A DNA stretch of 64,000 bases from NCBI GenBank assembly GCA_963837465.1, contig CAWINB010000001.1, positions 139,915 to 203,914 of the forward strand, in the 5' to 3' direction. The stretch comes from Candidatus Doudnabacteria bacterium. Its GTDB lineage: Bacteria > Patescibacteriota > Doudnabacteria > UBA920. A program made the translations under genes and the position numbers. Position 1 is the first letter of the stretch; each line of letters starts with the position of its first letter. The notes beneath the pieces are model-generated. The model was not told the origin of the DNA, made no database searches, and saw only the letters and a list, made by a program, of their open reading frames with translations. This document shows positions 9,661-19,032 of this stretch, one piece after another.

Positions 9661-11358
9661 TTATTTCTTTAACTTTAACACAGCTTTCATAAACCCCGCG
9701 AACAAAGGATGCGGCGATAACGGGCGCGACAGGAATTCGGGGTGGAATTGGGTACCGATAAAAAAGGGATGGTTTTTGAGTTCAATTATTTCCACGAGTT
9801 TGCCGTCCGGAGTTGTACCCGCGATAGTTAGACCGGCTTTAACCAGCTGGTCGCGGTAGGCGTTGTTAAATTCAAAGCGGTGGCGGTGGCGCTCGCTTAT
9901 TTTTGGCTTGCCGGTTTTTTGTATCCATTTGCCTTCCAGGTAACATTTTTCCGTCAGCGTGCCGCGCTCCACCAGGCAATCCCAGGCGCCCAGGCGCATT
10001 GTCGCGCCGTATTCGCGGTTGAGCAATTTCTTTTCCTGGTCCGGCATAATGTGGATTACCGGATGCAGAGTATCGTCATCAACTTCGGTCGTGTTGGCGC
10101 CTTTAAGTCCGGCCACGTTGCGCGCGAATTCAATACTGGCCATTTGCATGCCGTAGCATAAACCTAAGTAAGGAATTTTATTTTCCCGCGCGTATTTTAT
10201 GGTTTCTATCATTCCTTCCGTGCCGCGCGTGCCGAAACCGCCCGGCACGACTATACCGTCAAAACCGGATAAAACCTTTTTGGCGCCCTGTTTTTCCACG
10301 TCAATGCTGGAGACCCACTCTAAATTTACCTTTACGTTATTGGCCCAGCTGCCGTGCTTAATGGCTTCCACCACTGAAACATAAACATCTCCAAGTTTGT
10401 AATCGCCTGTTTCGTAATATTTACCCACTACCGCTATGTTAATTTGGTCTTTATGGGAGTTAATTTTAGTTATTTTATCGGCCAGGTTTTTCCACTCGCC
10501 CAAGTTATTCTTTTTGGATTTCATGGAAAACTTAGCCAAAATTTTGTCCGTTAAATCCTGTTTGTCAAAATTCATCGGCACCTTATAGATACTGTCCGCG
10601 TTCGGAGCCGCGATAATATTTTCCGCCGGCACGTTGCAGGTCCAGGCCAAAGTTTCGCGCCTTCTGTCGTCTATGGGCAATTCGGCTCGGGCAATAATAA
10701 AATCGGGCTGGATGCCGCTGCCGATTAGCAGGCGTACGGAAGTTTGCGCCGGCTTGCTCTTCATTTCCCCCACGCTGGGCGGCGTTGGCAAATAGGCCAC
10801 ATGGACGTGGATAACGTCGCGGCCGTCGCGGTACTTCATTATCCGGTTGGCTTCCATAAACAAAATATTCTGGTACTCCCCCACCGTGCCGCCAATTTCG
10901 GCTATGACAAAATCCGCTTTTCTTTCCCGCGCGGCTTTTTCCAAACGCCGAATTATTTCTTCCGGCACATGCAAAGCCACCTCTACATCTTCTCCATCAT
11001 ACTCAAAATTCCGCTCTTTACGGATAATTTCCTGGTAAATTTGGCCGTTGGTCACGTAATTGGTGCTGGACAAATCGCTGTTTAAAAATCTTTCGTAATT
11101 TCCCACATCCTGGTCGGTTTCCACGCCATCTTTAGTTACAAAAACTTCCCCGTGTTCCTGCGGCCTTATGGTTCCGGCATCCACGTTTAAGTACATATCG
11201 CACTTAACCGGCGCCACTTTGTACCCGCGGCTTTCCAAAAGCGCGGCAATCGATGCCGTGGTAATCCCCTTGCCGACGGAACTAATAACTCCGCCGGAAA
11301 CAAAAATAAATTTAGTATCCAGCTTCTTGGCTTTGCGCGGTTTTATGTGATAGGACAT
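9661..11358 (-). CDS. pyrG: CTP synthase
   Basis: GGVISSVGKG, HGEVFVT, GLCYGMQ, QFHPE. Confidence 0.98.
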   Translation of the reverse strand: MSYHIKPRKAKKLDTKFIFVSGGVISSVGKGITTASIAALLESRGYKVAPVKCDMYLNVDAGTIRPQEHGEVFVTKDGVETDQDVGNYERFLNSDLSSTNYVTNGQIYQEIIRKERNFEYDGEDVEVALHVPEEIIRRLEKAARERKADFVIAEIGGTVGEYQNILFMEANRIMKYRDGRDVIHVHVAYLPTPPSVGEMKSKPAQTSVRLLIGSGIQPDFIIARAELPIDDRRRETLAWTCNVPAENIIAAPNADSIYKVPMNFDKQDLTDKILAKFSMKSKKNNLGEWKNLADKITKINSHKDQINIAVVGKYYETGDYKLGDVYVSVVEAIKHGSWANNVKVNLEWVSSIDVEKQGAKKVLSGFDGIVVPGGFGTRGTEGMIETIKYARENKIPYLGLCYGMQMASIEFARNVAGLKGANTTEVDDDTLHPVIHIMPDQEKKLLNREYGATMRLGAWDCLVERGTLTEKCYLEGKWIQKTGKPKISERHRHRFEFNNAYRDQLVKAGLTIAGTTPDGKLVEIIELKNHPFFIGTQFHPEFLSRPLSPHPLFAGFMKAVLKLKK

Positions 11359-11404
11359 AGGGAGTTTATGGTTTTAGATTTAGGATTGAAAATTAAAAAA
11401 AGGA

Positions 11405-12097
11405 TCATTCTGTAAATTTGAAACTGGAAAGCATTTGGTTTAAAATTTCATTGTTTATATTGATTGCCGCGGCTTGATCCTGTGTTTCCTGGGGCGTGGC
11501 ATCGCTTTTACCATTTTCCATTATCCCCAGATAGCCAGCCTCACGCCAATATATGTTGGAGTTCAAAATATAGCAATAACCATTGTGGATTATATGGTAT
11601 TCGCTTACAGTACCCCTGGCGCCGCCCATGGCATCGTCCGAAGTATTATCATATAAAACATAAAAGTTATTACCATTAATTTCCTTTGTCTCCGTTAAAT
11701 CTTTCGGATTGGCGCTGCCCGGATCGTCTTTTAGACACATGCTTAAGTTGACGCTGTTATTATCGGCAAAAACAGAAAATAAGGAGCTGTCAATATAGTT
11801 GCTTTTTCCGGAAAAACTCGCCACCTCAGAAATTTCATATTCAAAATACGGCTGTTTGCCTGGGCTGTCGTTTAACGAGTAGCTTGATGGGTACTTTAGC
11901 GTAAACCCATACTGGCTGTTGGTATAAGTTTTCCAATGGCTGGTTTCGCTCGGGACCTGGGTGTTCGCGGTTTCCAGTTCAATATCGGTTTTCTGCTCGT
12001 AGTACTCATTATAGTTTTTATAAACCAAAAGCCCAACGCCGCTGGTGAACAGGAAAACAATTACCAGGAAGAATATGGATTGTTGCCGGTTGGTCAT
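11405..12097 (-). CDS. membrane-anchored hypothetical protein (PsbP-like WKTYTN..YGF..KYP motif)
   Basis: N-terminal TM plus WKTYTNSQYGFTLKYP. Confidence 0.6.
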   Translation of the reverse strand: MTNRQQSIFFLVIVFLFTSGVGLLVYKNYNEYYEQKTDIELETANTQVPSETSHWKTYTNSQYGFTLKYPSSYSLNDSPGKQPYFEYEISEVASFSGKSNYIDSSLFSVFADNNSVNLSMCLKDDPGSANPKDLTETKEINGNNFYVLYDNTSDDAMGGARGTVSEYHIIHNGYCYILNSNIYWREAGYLGIMENGKSDATPQETQDQAAAININNEILNQMLSSFKFTE

Positions 12098-12156
12098 AAT
12101 CAGTTAAAAGTTATCAAGTTGCGAGTTATAAAGTCTTGGAAAATTCATCTGATTAA

Positions 12157-12603
12157 CTACGAAGCTTCCACTTTAATGGTAATACCCGCGACAATATTCG
12201 GGCCCAGTTTCAGTTTAACTTTATGCTCGCCAAGCTCCTTAATGTGGCCGGTAATTTCCACTTGATTTTTCTCGATCATCGCGGACATTTTTTCGTTAAC
12301 CGCTTTGGCAATATCTTTTTCACGCACGCCGGAAAAAATCTGGCCCTTGTCCCCTACTTTGATTTTTACCGTAAAAGTGCGTTTTTCCAATTCCTGCTTC
12401 AACGTCCGTAATTTCTCAATATCCTTTAATATCTTAATATCCGCCTCTTTTTGCTCCTTGGCAATTTTAGCCTGAATTTCCGGCGTGGCCGTTTTAGCAA
12501 AGCCTTTGGCGATTAAAAAATTCATGGCGTAGCCGTCGCTTACGTCTTTAATTTCGCCCTTTTTACCAGTACCCGATAGCTCTTTTACAAAGATAACTTT
12601 CAT
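12157..12603 (-). CDS. rplI: 50S ribosomal protein L9
   Basis: MKVIF...[25 protein letters not shown]. Confidence 0.96.
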   Translation of the reverse strand: MKVIFVKELSGTGKKGEIKDVSDGYAMNFLIAKGFAKTATPEIQAKIAKEQKEADIKILKDIEKLRTLKQELEKRTFTVKIKVGDKGQIFSGVREKDIAKAVNEKMSAMIEKNQVEITGHIKELGEHKVKLKLGPNIVAGITIKVEAS

Positions 12604-12724
12604 AAAATAAAAACTCTCCGATTATTTTCAGAGAGTCCTTTTGCCTTGTCTGCCCGTTGGCGGACCAAGGTTTTAACTACCCATTCTTGGGCTCTTTATA
12701 AGTATATTATATTGGGCTAAATTG

Positions 12725-13642
12725 TCAAATCTTAAGATACTTCCGTATAGCCAGCATTGTTGAAATAACCGACAAAATAATCGCTACAATAAAAAGCAGC
12801 AAAATCAGATACCAAAAGCTGAAAATATTGTGGCTGTAAACATTAACCTGCGGGTTAACATATTGCGTAACCTCGGGCAGGACTTTCGCGAACACGGGGA
12901 CAAATATCAGCCCCGTAATAATTGTCGAGCCTATGCTGTAAAGCAGGCTCTCCATTAAAAATGGCCCGCGGATGTACCAGTTGGTGGCGCCGACCAGCCG
13001 CATTATTTCCACCTCTTCTTTGCGGGTGTAAATAGTCAGGGTAATAGTGTTAAAAATAACCAGAACCGCGATAACCCCGAACACGGCCACCACTCCTATG
13101 CCAAAGGCGATAATAAATTTTAAAATCTGATCCAGCCGGTCTATAACCGCGCTGTTATCCTCGTAGTTGACCTTGTCTATAAAGTCCTTGTACTGGGCGC
13201 CGGACAGACTTTGGGCTATGGCCGGATAATCGCTCAGTCTGTAAGCCTTGACGTGCAGGGTGGCGGAGAGCGGGTTATTGTTAAGTTCGTTTAACGATTC
13301 GGAAATCAGCGGGTCGCTCTGGTGGCGGGCTTTAAAGTCGTCAAATGCCTGCTGGGCGGAAATGTAATCAACTTCCTCTACGCGCGGGTCTGCCGAGACA
13401 TCATTTTTAATCTGCGTAATTTGCCCTTCGTCCAGGCCGACTTTAAAGTAAACGCTGATATCCACGGTGTTTTGTATGGTGTGGATGGAATAAGTCGTCA
13501 GGACAAATACCAAAAACAGGGTGGCGAAAATGACCAGGGTTATAGTCATAACCATAGTGGCGGCCAAAGACAGCCAGATATTTCTGCCAAAATTTTTCAA
13601 TCCGGTTTTTATGATCCGCAAGAATGAAATGGAATCGAGCAT
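12725..13642 (-). CDS. ftsX: cell-division permease FtsX
   Basis: IFNTITLTIYTRKEEVEIMRLVGATNWYIRGPF; 4 TM helices; downstream of ftsE. Confidence 0.93.
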   Translation of the reverse strand: MLDSISFLRIIKTGLKNFGRNIWLSLAATMVMTITLVIFATLFLVFVLTTYSIHTIQNTVDISVYFKVGLDEGQITQIKNDVSADPRVEEVDYISAQQAFDDFKARHQSDPLISESLNELNNNPLSATLHVKAYRLSDYPAIAQSLSGAQYKDFIDKVNYEDNSAVIDRLDQILKFIIAFGIGVVAVFGVIAVLVIFNTITLTIYTRKEEVEIMRLVGATNWYIRGPFLMESLLYSIGSTIITGLIFVPVFAKVLPEVTQYVNPQVNVYSHNIFSFWYLILLLFIVAIILSVISTMLAIRKYLKI

Positions 13643-13650
13643 GACGCAGA

Positions 13651-13680
13651 ACGATTAACAATTAACGATTTACGATTAAC
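13651..13680. repeat. left arm of 30-bp heptamer-built inverted repeat flanking the four-helix-bundle gene
   Basis: ACGATTAACAATTAACGATTTACGATTAAC; 29/30 reverse complement of 14068-14097. Confidence 0.95.
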
Positions 13681-14066
13681 TAACTCTTTTTACCCTTGGA
13701 TAGATACACAGTAAACGCTGTAAGTTGTTTCGCGAGGTTTGAAGCTCTTACAAGAGAAGCCTCCAATTCTTGTTCGGGGATATAGTTATCATCTAACGCA
13801 CAATCAAGACAGGCAACAACCTCGTCTAAAGAGCAGTGACTCCTATTTATGTAAAGCCTCATATCTTTGTCAGAATTTTTATTTGTGCTTTCCGCGATAT
13901 TTAAGATAATTGAAGTTAAGGCCCTTTTAGCTTGGTCGCTTAATGCGTACTTTTCGTCGGATGGGAATTTTTTAATTAATTGGTTTATATCTTTACGAAA
14001 TTGCCTAGAATCTTTATACACCTGCCAATCCCTAAACCTAAATCCATGTTTGTCTTTTGTCTCCAT
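13680..14066 (-). CDS. four-helix bundle protein (23S rRNA intervening-sequence protein / TIGR02436 family)
   Basis: FRFRDWQVY, FPSDEKYALSDQAKRA.TSI.LNIAE, SLDEV motifs. Confidence 0.9.
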   Translation of the reverse strand: METKDKHGFRFRDWQVYKDSRQFRKDINQLIKKFPSDEKYALSDQAKRALTSIILNIAESTNKNSDKDMRLYINRSHCSLDEVVACLDCALDDNYIPEQELEASLVRASNLAKQLTAFTVYLSKGKKS

Positions 14067-14067
14067 G

Positions 14068-14097
14068 GTTAATCGTCAATCGTTAATTGTTAATCGT
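14068..14097. repeat. right arm of 30-bp inverted repeat
   Basis: GTTAATCGTCAATCGTTAATTGTTAATCGT. Confidence 0.95.
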
Positions 14098-14098
14098 A

Positions 14099-14800
14099 TT
14101 ACAGCTTATACTTTCCCTTTTCCTGTTCCATGGTAATTTTTCCGCCTTCTATGGTGATGACGCGTTTTTTTATTTTGTTAACCAGGTCAACGGCGTGGGT
14201 GGCTAAAATTACCGTTGTGCCGAGCTGGTTGATTTTCAGCAGCAAATCCAAAACTTCGGCCGCGTTCATTTCGTCCAGATTTCCGGTGGGCTCATCGGCC
14301 AAAAGCAGCACCGGTCTGTGCGAAAGCGCCCGGGCAATGGCAACTCTTTGTTTTTCGCCGCCCGACATTTCGTCCGGAAAGCTGTTTCGCTTATGCGCCA
14401 ATCCCACCAGTTCCAAAATTTTGGGCACGTCAACGGCAATTTTATCCCTTGAGTGACCGCAAACCTCCATGGCAAAAGCTATATTTTCAAAAGCCGTGGC
14501 TTTGGGCAAAAGTTTTATATCCTGGAACACCATACCGATTTTCCGGCGCAAATAAGGCAGGTCGCTTTTTTTGACTCTGGAGATGTCTATGTTATCAATT
14601 AAAATCTGGCCGCCGTCGATTTGCTCCTCGCCTATAATCAGCTTAAGCAAGGTGGATTTGCCCGCGCCCGAAAGCCCGACCAAAGAAATAAATTCTCCGT
14701 GGCGGATTTGCAGATTAATGCCGTCCAAAGCCGGTTGATGCCGGTCGTATTGTTTTATTACGTTTACGAACTTAATCATATTTCGATCCACGGAAGGCAC
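14099..14800 (-). CDS. ftsE: cell-division ABC ATPase FtsE (start probably MIKF)
   Basis: GLSGAGKST, LRRKIGMVFQD, SGGEKQRV, ADEPTGNLD. Confidence 0.93.
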   Translation of the reverse strand: MPSVDRNMIKFVNVIKQYDRHQPALDGINLQIRHGEFISLVGLSGAGKSTLLKLIIGEEQIDGGQILIDNIDISRVKKSDLPYLRRKIGMVFQDIKLLPKATAFENIAFAMEVCGHSRDKIAVDVPKILELVGLAHKRNSFPDEMSGGEKQRVAIARALSHRPVLLLADEPTGNLDEMNAAEVLDLLLKINQLGTTVILATHAVDLVNKIKKRVITIEGGKITMEQEKGKYKL

Positions 14801-14910
14801 GGATTAAATCGGATAACAACGATGTTAAAGGCGAATATTTGTACTAGCTTCAAATAAATTATTGCCTTTAAAGTATATCATAAAAAAAGGAATATAAAAA
14901 TTTTATCTAA

Positions 14911-14986
14911 AGAGGCTGTCCGAAAAGATCCGTTTCTGCCGCAATTTCAGAATTTCGCGACGAAAACGACTTTCCCGGCAGCCTCT
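14911..14986. mobile_element. 76-bp internally deleted MITE-like element
   Basis: TIR AGAGGCTG/CAGCCTCT, TAA on both sides, shares GCCGCAATTTCAG with 6472-6631. Confidence 0.55.
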
Positions 14987-15106
14987 TAACGGAGTCTTTG
15001 CCCGGATTCGGGATATTTTTTACGGCTGCCGAATCCATGTGACGTAAAAAATTTCCAGGACGACACATAGCCAGATTAGGTGTCGGTTCGGCGCAGGTAC
15101 CCGCGG

Positions 15107-16321
15107 CTAATCAGCGTTGTTTTCCAGGTATTTTTCCACAAACTCATCCAGTTCTCCGTTTAAGACGGATTCCGGGTCGGAGGTTTCCATTCCCGTGCGG
15201 TGGTCTTTGACCATTTTGTAGGGGTGGAGCACGTAACTGCGGATTTGGTTGCCCCATTCCGCGGACTTGAATTCGCCGCGGATTTCCTGTTTTTCTTTTT
15301 GCAGTTTTTGCTCTTCCAAAGTTTTTAGGCGGGACATTAAAATCTTCATAGCCAGTTCGCGGTTTTGGTGCTGGGAGCGTTCGTTTTGGATGCTGACTTT
15401 TATGCCGGAGGGGATGTGGGTTACGCGAATGGCCGAGTAGGTAGTGTTCACGCTTTGGCCGCCGTGGCCGCTGGCGGTGTTGGCTTCTATTTTCAAGTCC
15501 TTTTCATCCACCTTAAATTCCTCCTGTTGGTCCAAAAGCGGCAGCAGTTCCAAAAGCGCGAACGATGTCTCACGTGTATGCGCCGGATTAAACGGCGAAA
15601 GACGCACCAAGCGGTGCACCCCGGCCTCGCTTTTAAGCAAGCCGTAAGCGTACGGCCCGCGCGCTTCCACCACCGCGGTTTTTACGCCGCCCCTTTCGCC
15701 GCGCGACAGTTCAATAACGTCCGTGGAAAAGCCTTTTTTTTCACAATAGCGCAAAAACATCCGCAACAGCATATCGGCCCAATCCTGCGCGTCCACTCCC
15801 CCGGCGCCGGAATGGATGGAAAAGATGGCATTGTGATCGTCGTACTTTTTGCTTAATAAGGCAACAAAACGATTTTTACGATACAGAGTTTCCAGTTCAT
15901 CAAGTTTCTGTTTAAGATAGTCTTGGTCCGCGGGTTTTATACCACCTCCCCCCGCTTCGCGGGGTACTCCTCCTGTAAAAGGAGGAGAGCTCCGATGTTT
16001 ATCCCGGGATAACCGCGGAGCATCCCCTCCTGGTATAGGAGGGGTGGCCGCGTTAGCGGACGGGGCGGTAGAATCTTCCGCTAATTCCAAAGTCTCCTGA
16101 ACATCCTTTTCCAACCCCAGCCAAAAATCCACAAACTTTTTGAGCTGATTATATTCCTGGCTGACCTTTTGCGCGTTCTCGTTATCATTCCAAAAATCAC
16201 TTTCCCGCATCCTGCCTTCCATTTCCAAAATCCTCTGCTCCTTTTGCGGCAGGTTCAAATGGGATTTAAGATTTAAAATTTCCGATTTAAGGTTTTCTAA
16301 GCGCTTTATAAGGTCGTTCAT
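15107..16321 (-). CDS. prfB: peptide chain release factor 2, no internal frameshift, with in-frame palindromic insertion
   Basis: GVHRLVRLSPF (SPF), GGQ, WGNQIRSY. Confidence 0.95.
   Translation of the reverse strand: MNDLIKRLENLKSEILNLKSHLNLPQKEQRILEMEGRMRESDFWNDNENAQKVSQEYNQLKKFVDFWLGLEKDVQETLELAEDSTAPSANAATPPIPGGDAPRLSRDKHRSSPPFTGGVPREAGGGGIKPADQDYLKQKLDELETLYRKNRFVALLSKKYDDHNAIFSIHSGAGGVDAQDWADMLLRMFLRYCEKKGFSTDVIELSRGERGGVKTAVVEARGPYAYGLLKSEAGVHRLVRLSPFNPAHTRETSFALLELLPLLDQQEEFKVDEKDLKIEANTASGHGGQSVNTTYSAIRVTHIPSGIKVSIQNERSQHQNRELAMKILMSRLKTLEEQKLQKEKQEIRGEFKSAEWGNQIRSYVLHPYKMVKDHRTGMETSDPESVLNGELDEFVEKYLENNAD
15940..16070. repeat. REP/RPE-like palindromic element inside prfB
   Basis: CTCCTCCT-GTAAA-AGGAGGAG and CCCCTCCT-GGTAT-AGGAGGGG hairpins; encodes Pro/Gly-rich STAPSANAATPPIPGG...SPPFTGGVPREAGGGG. 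Confidence 0.8.
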
Positions 16322-16438
16322 AAATGAATTATCGCAAAAATACAGGGACTAGTCCAGAAAAAATTAAGAACCGGCGAAAGAACAGTTAAGCCGGTTCACG
16401 ATTTTTTTTATGGCTATTCATCGTGCATGCCGATGAAT

Positions 16439-16600
16439 GGGCCTGTTGCCAAATGTCATTTTGGTTAAAAATTCATAATTTTGGTCATTCGACCAAAAAA
16501 ATTTATCAGCTTAACTAAAAGTTAAACGTCAAAATTTGTTTTGACCGACTGCCTCAAAATTCTTAATTTTTACCTCAAAAGCCCATTTGGCAACAGGCCC
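16439..16600. mobile_element. 162-bp MITE with 5-bp target-site duplication
   Basis: 17-bp perfect TIR GGGCCTGTTGCCAAATG; TGAAT at 16434-16438 and 16601-16605. Confidence 0.85.
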
Positions 16601-16674
16601 TGAATAGCCAGAGCAATGGGGCAAGTATATCAAAAAAGCCCCGGGAAATCCAGGGGCAATTTGTTTAAAGCAGG

Positions 16675-18360
16675 CTAATTTTTTTCAAATTTTTTATCCA
16701 GTCTTGCTTCCTTGACTCTTTGTTTTGCCTCACTGTCGGCACGGGACCAATAGTAGTCGTTATGGTCCACAAATTTCATTGCATCGGACATATTTGCGTT
16801 TCTTGATTCAATAAGCCTATGTATTTTTTGCGCGGCCAGACGATAATTAGGATGGCCTTGCGGAGTAGAGCGAAGCTCAAGCATATGCATAGCCTCACGA
16901 TCATTAAAAGCCATTGACCAGCGGACGTAGTGGCCGTGGAGAGCAGAGTACTGGGCAAGTAGCGGATTATGGGCAACTATAGCGTCAAAGAGCTCATCGG
17001 CTTTCTCCACGCATTTTTTTACCTGCTCCATCGCGCCAATTGCTTCCAGTTCCGGCGAATAATCAAAGCCAAGCTTCGTTGTAAATAGTTGCCTGGATTG
17101 GGTATTCATCCGATGTCGCGTTAAATCTTTATAAACTCCAAAATTAGTTACCATATCAAAAGTATAAGGATAGCCGTCTTCTAAAGCCCTGCCCGGACGG
17201 TCGCGGCGGGTTTTTCTTTGGCCGATGTAAGTGTGCGCCGCGCGGCTACGCTGATTGGAATCCATTTGCAATACTTTTTGGCGAAGATCGCCCATAGAAA
17301 TATTCGTATAGGGATAGAGCATGCAAGCCAGCATGGAAATTTCTTCATATTCGGTTAGCGCCTGCTTTGCGGAAACCCCTTCGCCGCGAATTCGTTTTTC
17401 CAAAAATTCTTCTCCCCTGTCCATTAAAACAAAATCAGGCAACTCCGGCGTTTGCGGTTTCACACCTTTAAATAATTCTTTTGCCAAAGCAAACATATTA
17501 TTTGTATTTTCGGCCGAGTACTCGCTACGCTGGGCGCGGCGGACATACTGCGGGATAATTTCCTTTAGCGCCATAGCGCACCCTTGGGCCATATTGTGGC
17601 TTTCGGGCAAGTCCGAAGTCAGCAAGTAGGATATCAGTCCCTGGTAAAAACGGCCGTTGCCGAACAGGCCTACGTTGGTTAATGTCGCTACCGGTAAAAG
17701 TGAGCGTAAAATATCACAGGCCTTGGCCCGCAAATCAAAAGTATAGGTTTGCTTAAAAGCTTTCTTTTGCTTATCGTCCGTCAGGTCGGCCATTTTTTCC
17801 TTTATACCATCGCCGTTTATATCGTACTCCGCTTCCAAAATTGGTTTTTGCGATTCCAAATGCTTTTTTAAAGGCTCAATCAGGTCCGCGTAAGTTTGGA
17901 AAATAAAATCCATGGTTTCAACATACTGCTCCCCAAAACCCGCTTCCATAACTTCGCTGCCACGATAGTAAAGCCACTGGCCCTGTTCATTTTTTTGATC
18001 ATACAAAACGTAACGGGTGGACTGCTCAATCGGGCTGCCGCCAATCCTGCGGTCCTCTATTTCCTTAGTAGCAAGCATGCTTATTTTTTCAAAACTAACA
18101 TGCGCGCCTTCTAATTCCCCTACACTATCATCTCCATAGGCAACTAACACACGCTGGATTAATTCGTCCGCGTGCTTTGGGTCAATATTCCCCCCCTCAA
18201 TAAATTCTTTCAGCAAAACTTCGCGGAAACCACCTTTAGCGCGGCTATACCTGGCGTAAGCCGCCCCCACCATACCCTCCATCCCTTTAACGGCAAAAAT
18301 ATTGGCCTCCGTTGATGTTACATATTTTTTTAGTATTTCTTTTTCCTGGTCTGTAAACAT
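16675..18360 (-). CDS. thyX: FAD-dependent thymidylate synthase, tandem-domain form
   Basis: YGDDSVGEL, EQSTRYV, second-domain DLTRHR, ELRSTPQGH. Confidence 0.88.
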   Translation of the reverse strand: MFTDQEKEILKKYVTSTEANIFAVKGMEGMVGAAYARYSRAKGGFREVLLKEFIEGGNIDPKHADELIQRVLVAYGDDSVGELEGAHVSFEKISMLATKEIEDRRIGGSPIEQSTRYVLYDQKNEQGQWLYYRGSEVMEAGFGEQYVETMDFIFQTYADLIEPLKKHLESQKPILEAEYDINGDGIKEKMADLTDDKQKKAFKQTYTFDLRAKACDILRSLLPVATLTNVGLFGNGRFYQGLISYLLTSDLPESHNMAQGCAMALKEIIPQYVRRAQRSEYSAENTNNMFALAKELFKGVKPQTPELPDFVLMDRGEEFLEKRIRGEGVSAKQALTEYEEISMLACMLYPYTNISMGDLRQKVLQMDSNQRSRAAHTYIGQRKTRRDRPGRALEDGYPYTFDMVTNFGVYKDLTRHRMNTQSRQLFTTKLGFDYSPELEAIGAMEQVKKCVEKADELFDAIVAHNPLLAQYSALHGHYVRWSMAFNDREAMHMLELRSTPQGHPNYRLAAQKIHRLIESRNANMSDAMKFVDHNDYYWSRADSEAKQRVKEARLDKKFEKN

Positions 18361-18403
18361 AAATTTTCGTTAATGTAAGTTTATTGGTTAATTCAATCTT
18401 GAA

Positions 18404-19018
18404 TTATGTTTTTTTAACTGTTACTTTACCTGCTAACTCCTTGATTTTCTGCTCTGCCCGCGCGCGATCCCGTTCATAATTCAGTTCAGAAACTTTGGAG
18501 GATACGGGGGAATTAAATTCCGGCCGGGAAGAATCTAAAAACTTTCGATAAAGGCCAATGGCTTCAAAAGGACTTTCTTGTTCCACCGACTGTGCCAACA
18601 AAAAACATCCTTCGCCGTCACCCCCCAGTTCTACCGACTTCCTCAAATGCTCGATAAATTCCATTCTCCGGCCCGACATACCCGAATACATATTTGCCAG
18701 CTCGCCATAGGCGTTGGGGTTTTTTGGCTGAAGCTCCACTACTTTTTGCAAAAGTCTTTCGGCTATTGGATACATATCGCCAAAAGAGAGCGCTTGGCCA
18801 AGCTTAGTCAAGGCTTCAACATTGCCGGGGTTTTCCATAATAGATTCGGCGGCATCCAGATTTTCCCCCTTTAGCCGGGGAAGAGCCGAACGCAGTAAAT
18901 CTTCCATACTCATACCCTCTTGTTCTTGATCCCCGTTTCCACTTTCCGCTTCTATAAAATCCGCCTCTTGGGGTCCGTGGTAAAGTTCTATCGGACCATC
19001 TAAAAATTCTCCGTCCAT
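18404..19018 (-). CDS. TPR-repeat protein
   Basis: helical repeats ..VELQPKNPNAYGELA.. Confidence 0.6.
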   Translation of the reverse strand: MDGEFLDGPIELYHGPQEADFIEAESGNGDQEQEGMSMEDLLRSALPRLKGENLDAAESIMENPGNVEALTKLGQALSFGDMYPIAERLLQKVVELQPKNPNAYGELANMYSGMSGRRMEFIEHLRKSVELGGDGEGCFLLAQSVEQESPFEAIGLYRKFLDSSRPEFNSPVSSKVSELNYERDRARAEQKIKELAGKVTVKKT

Positions 19019-19032
19019 AAAAATCTGAATAA

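Noticed and set aside
13680-14066. DGR accessory protein Avd
   Set aside because: No reverse transcriptase or TR/VR pair with adenine-specific differences seen in the window.
14990-15106. ncRNA (SRP/6S) between prfB and ftsE
   Set aside because: Has hairpins but lacks the SRP GGAAG..AGCAG motif; unsupported.
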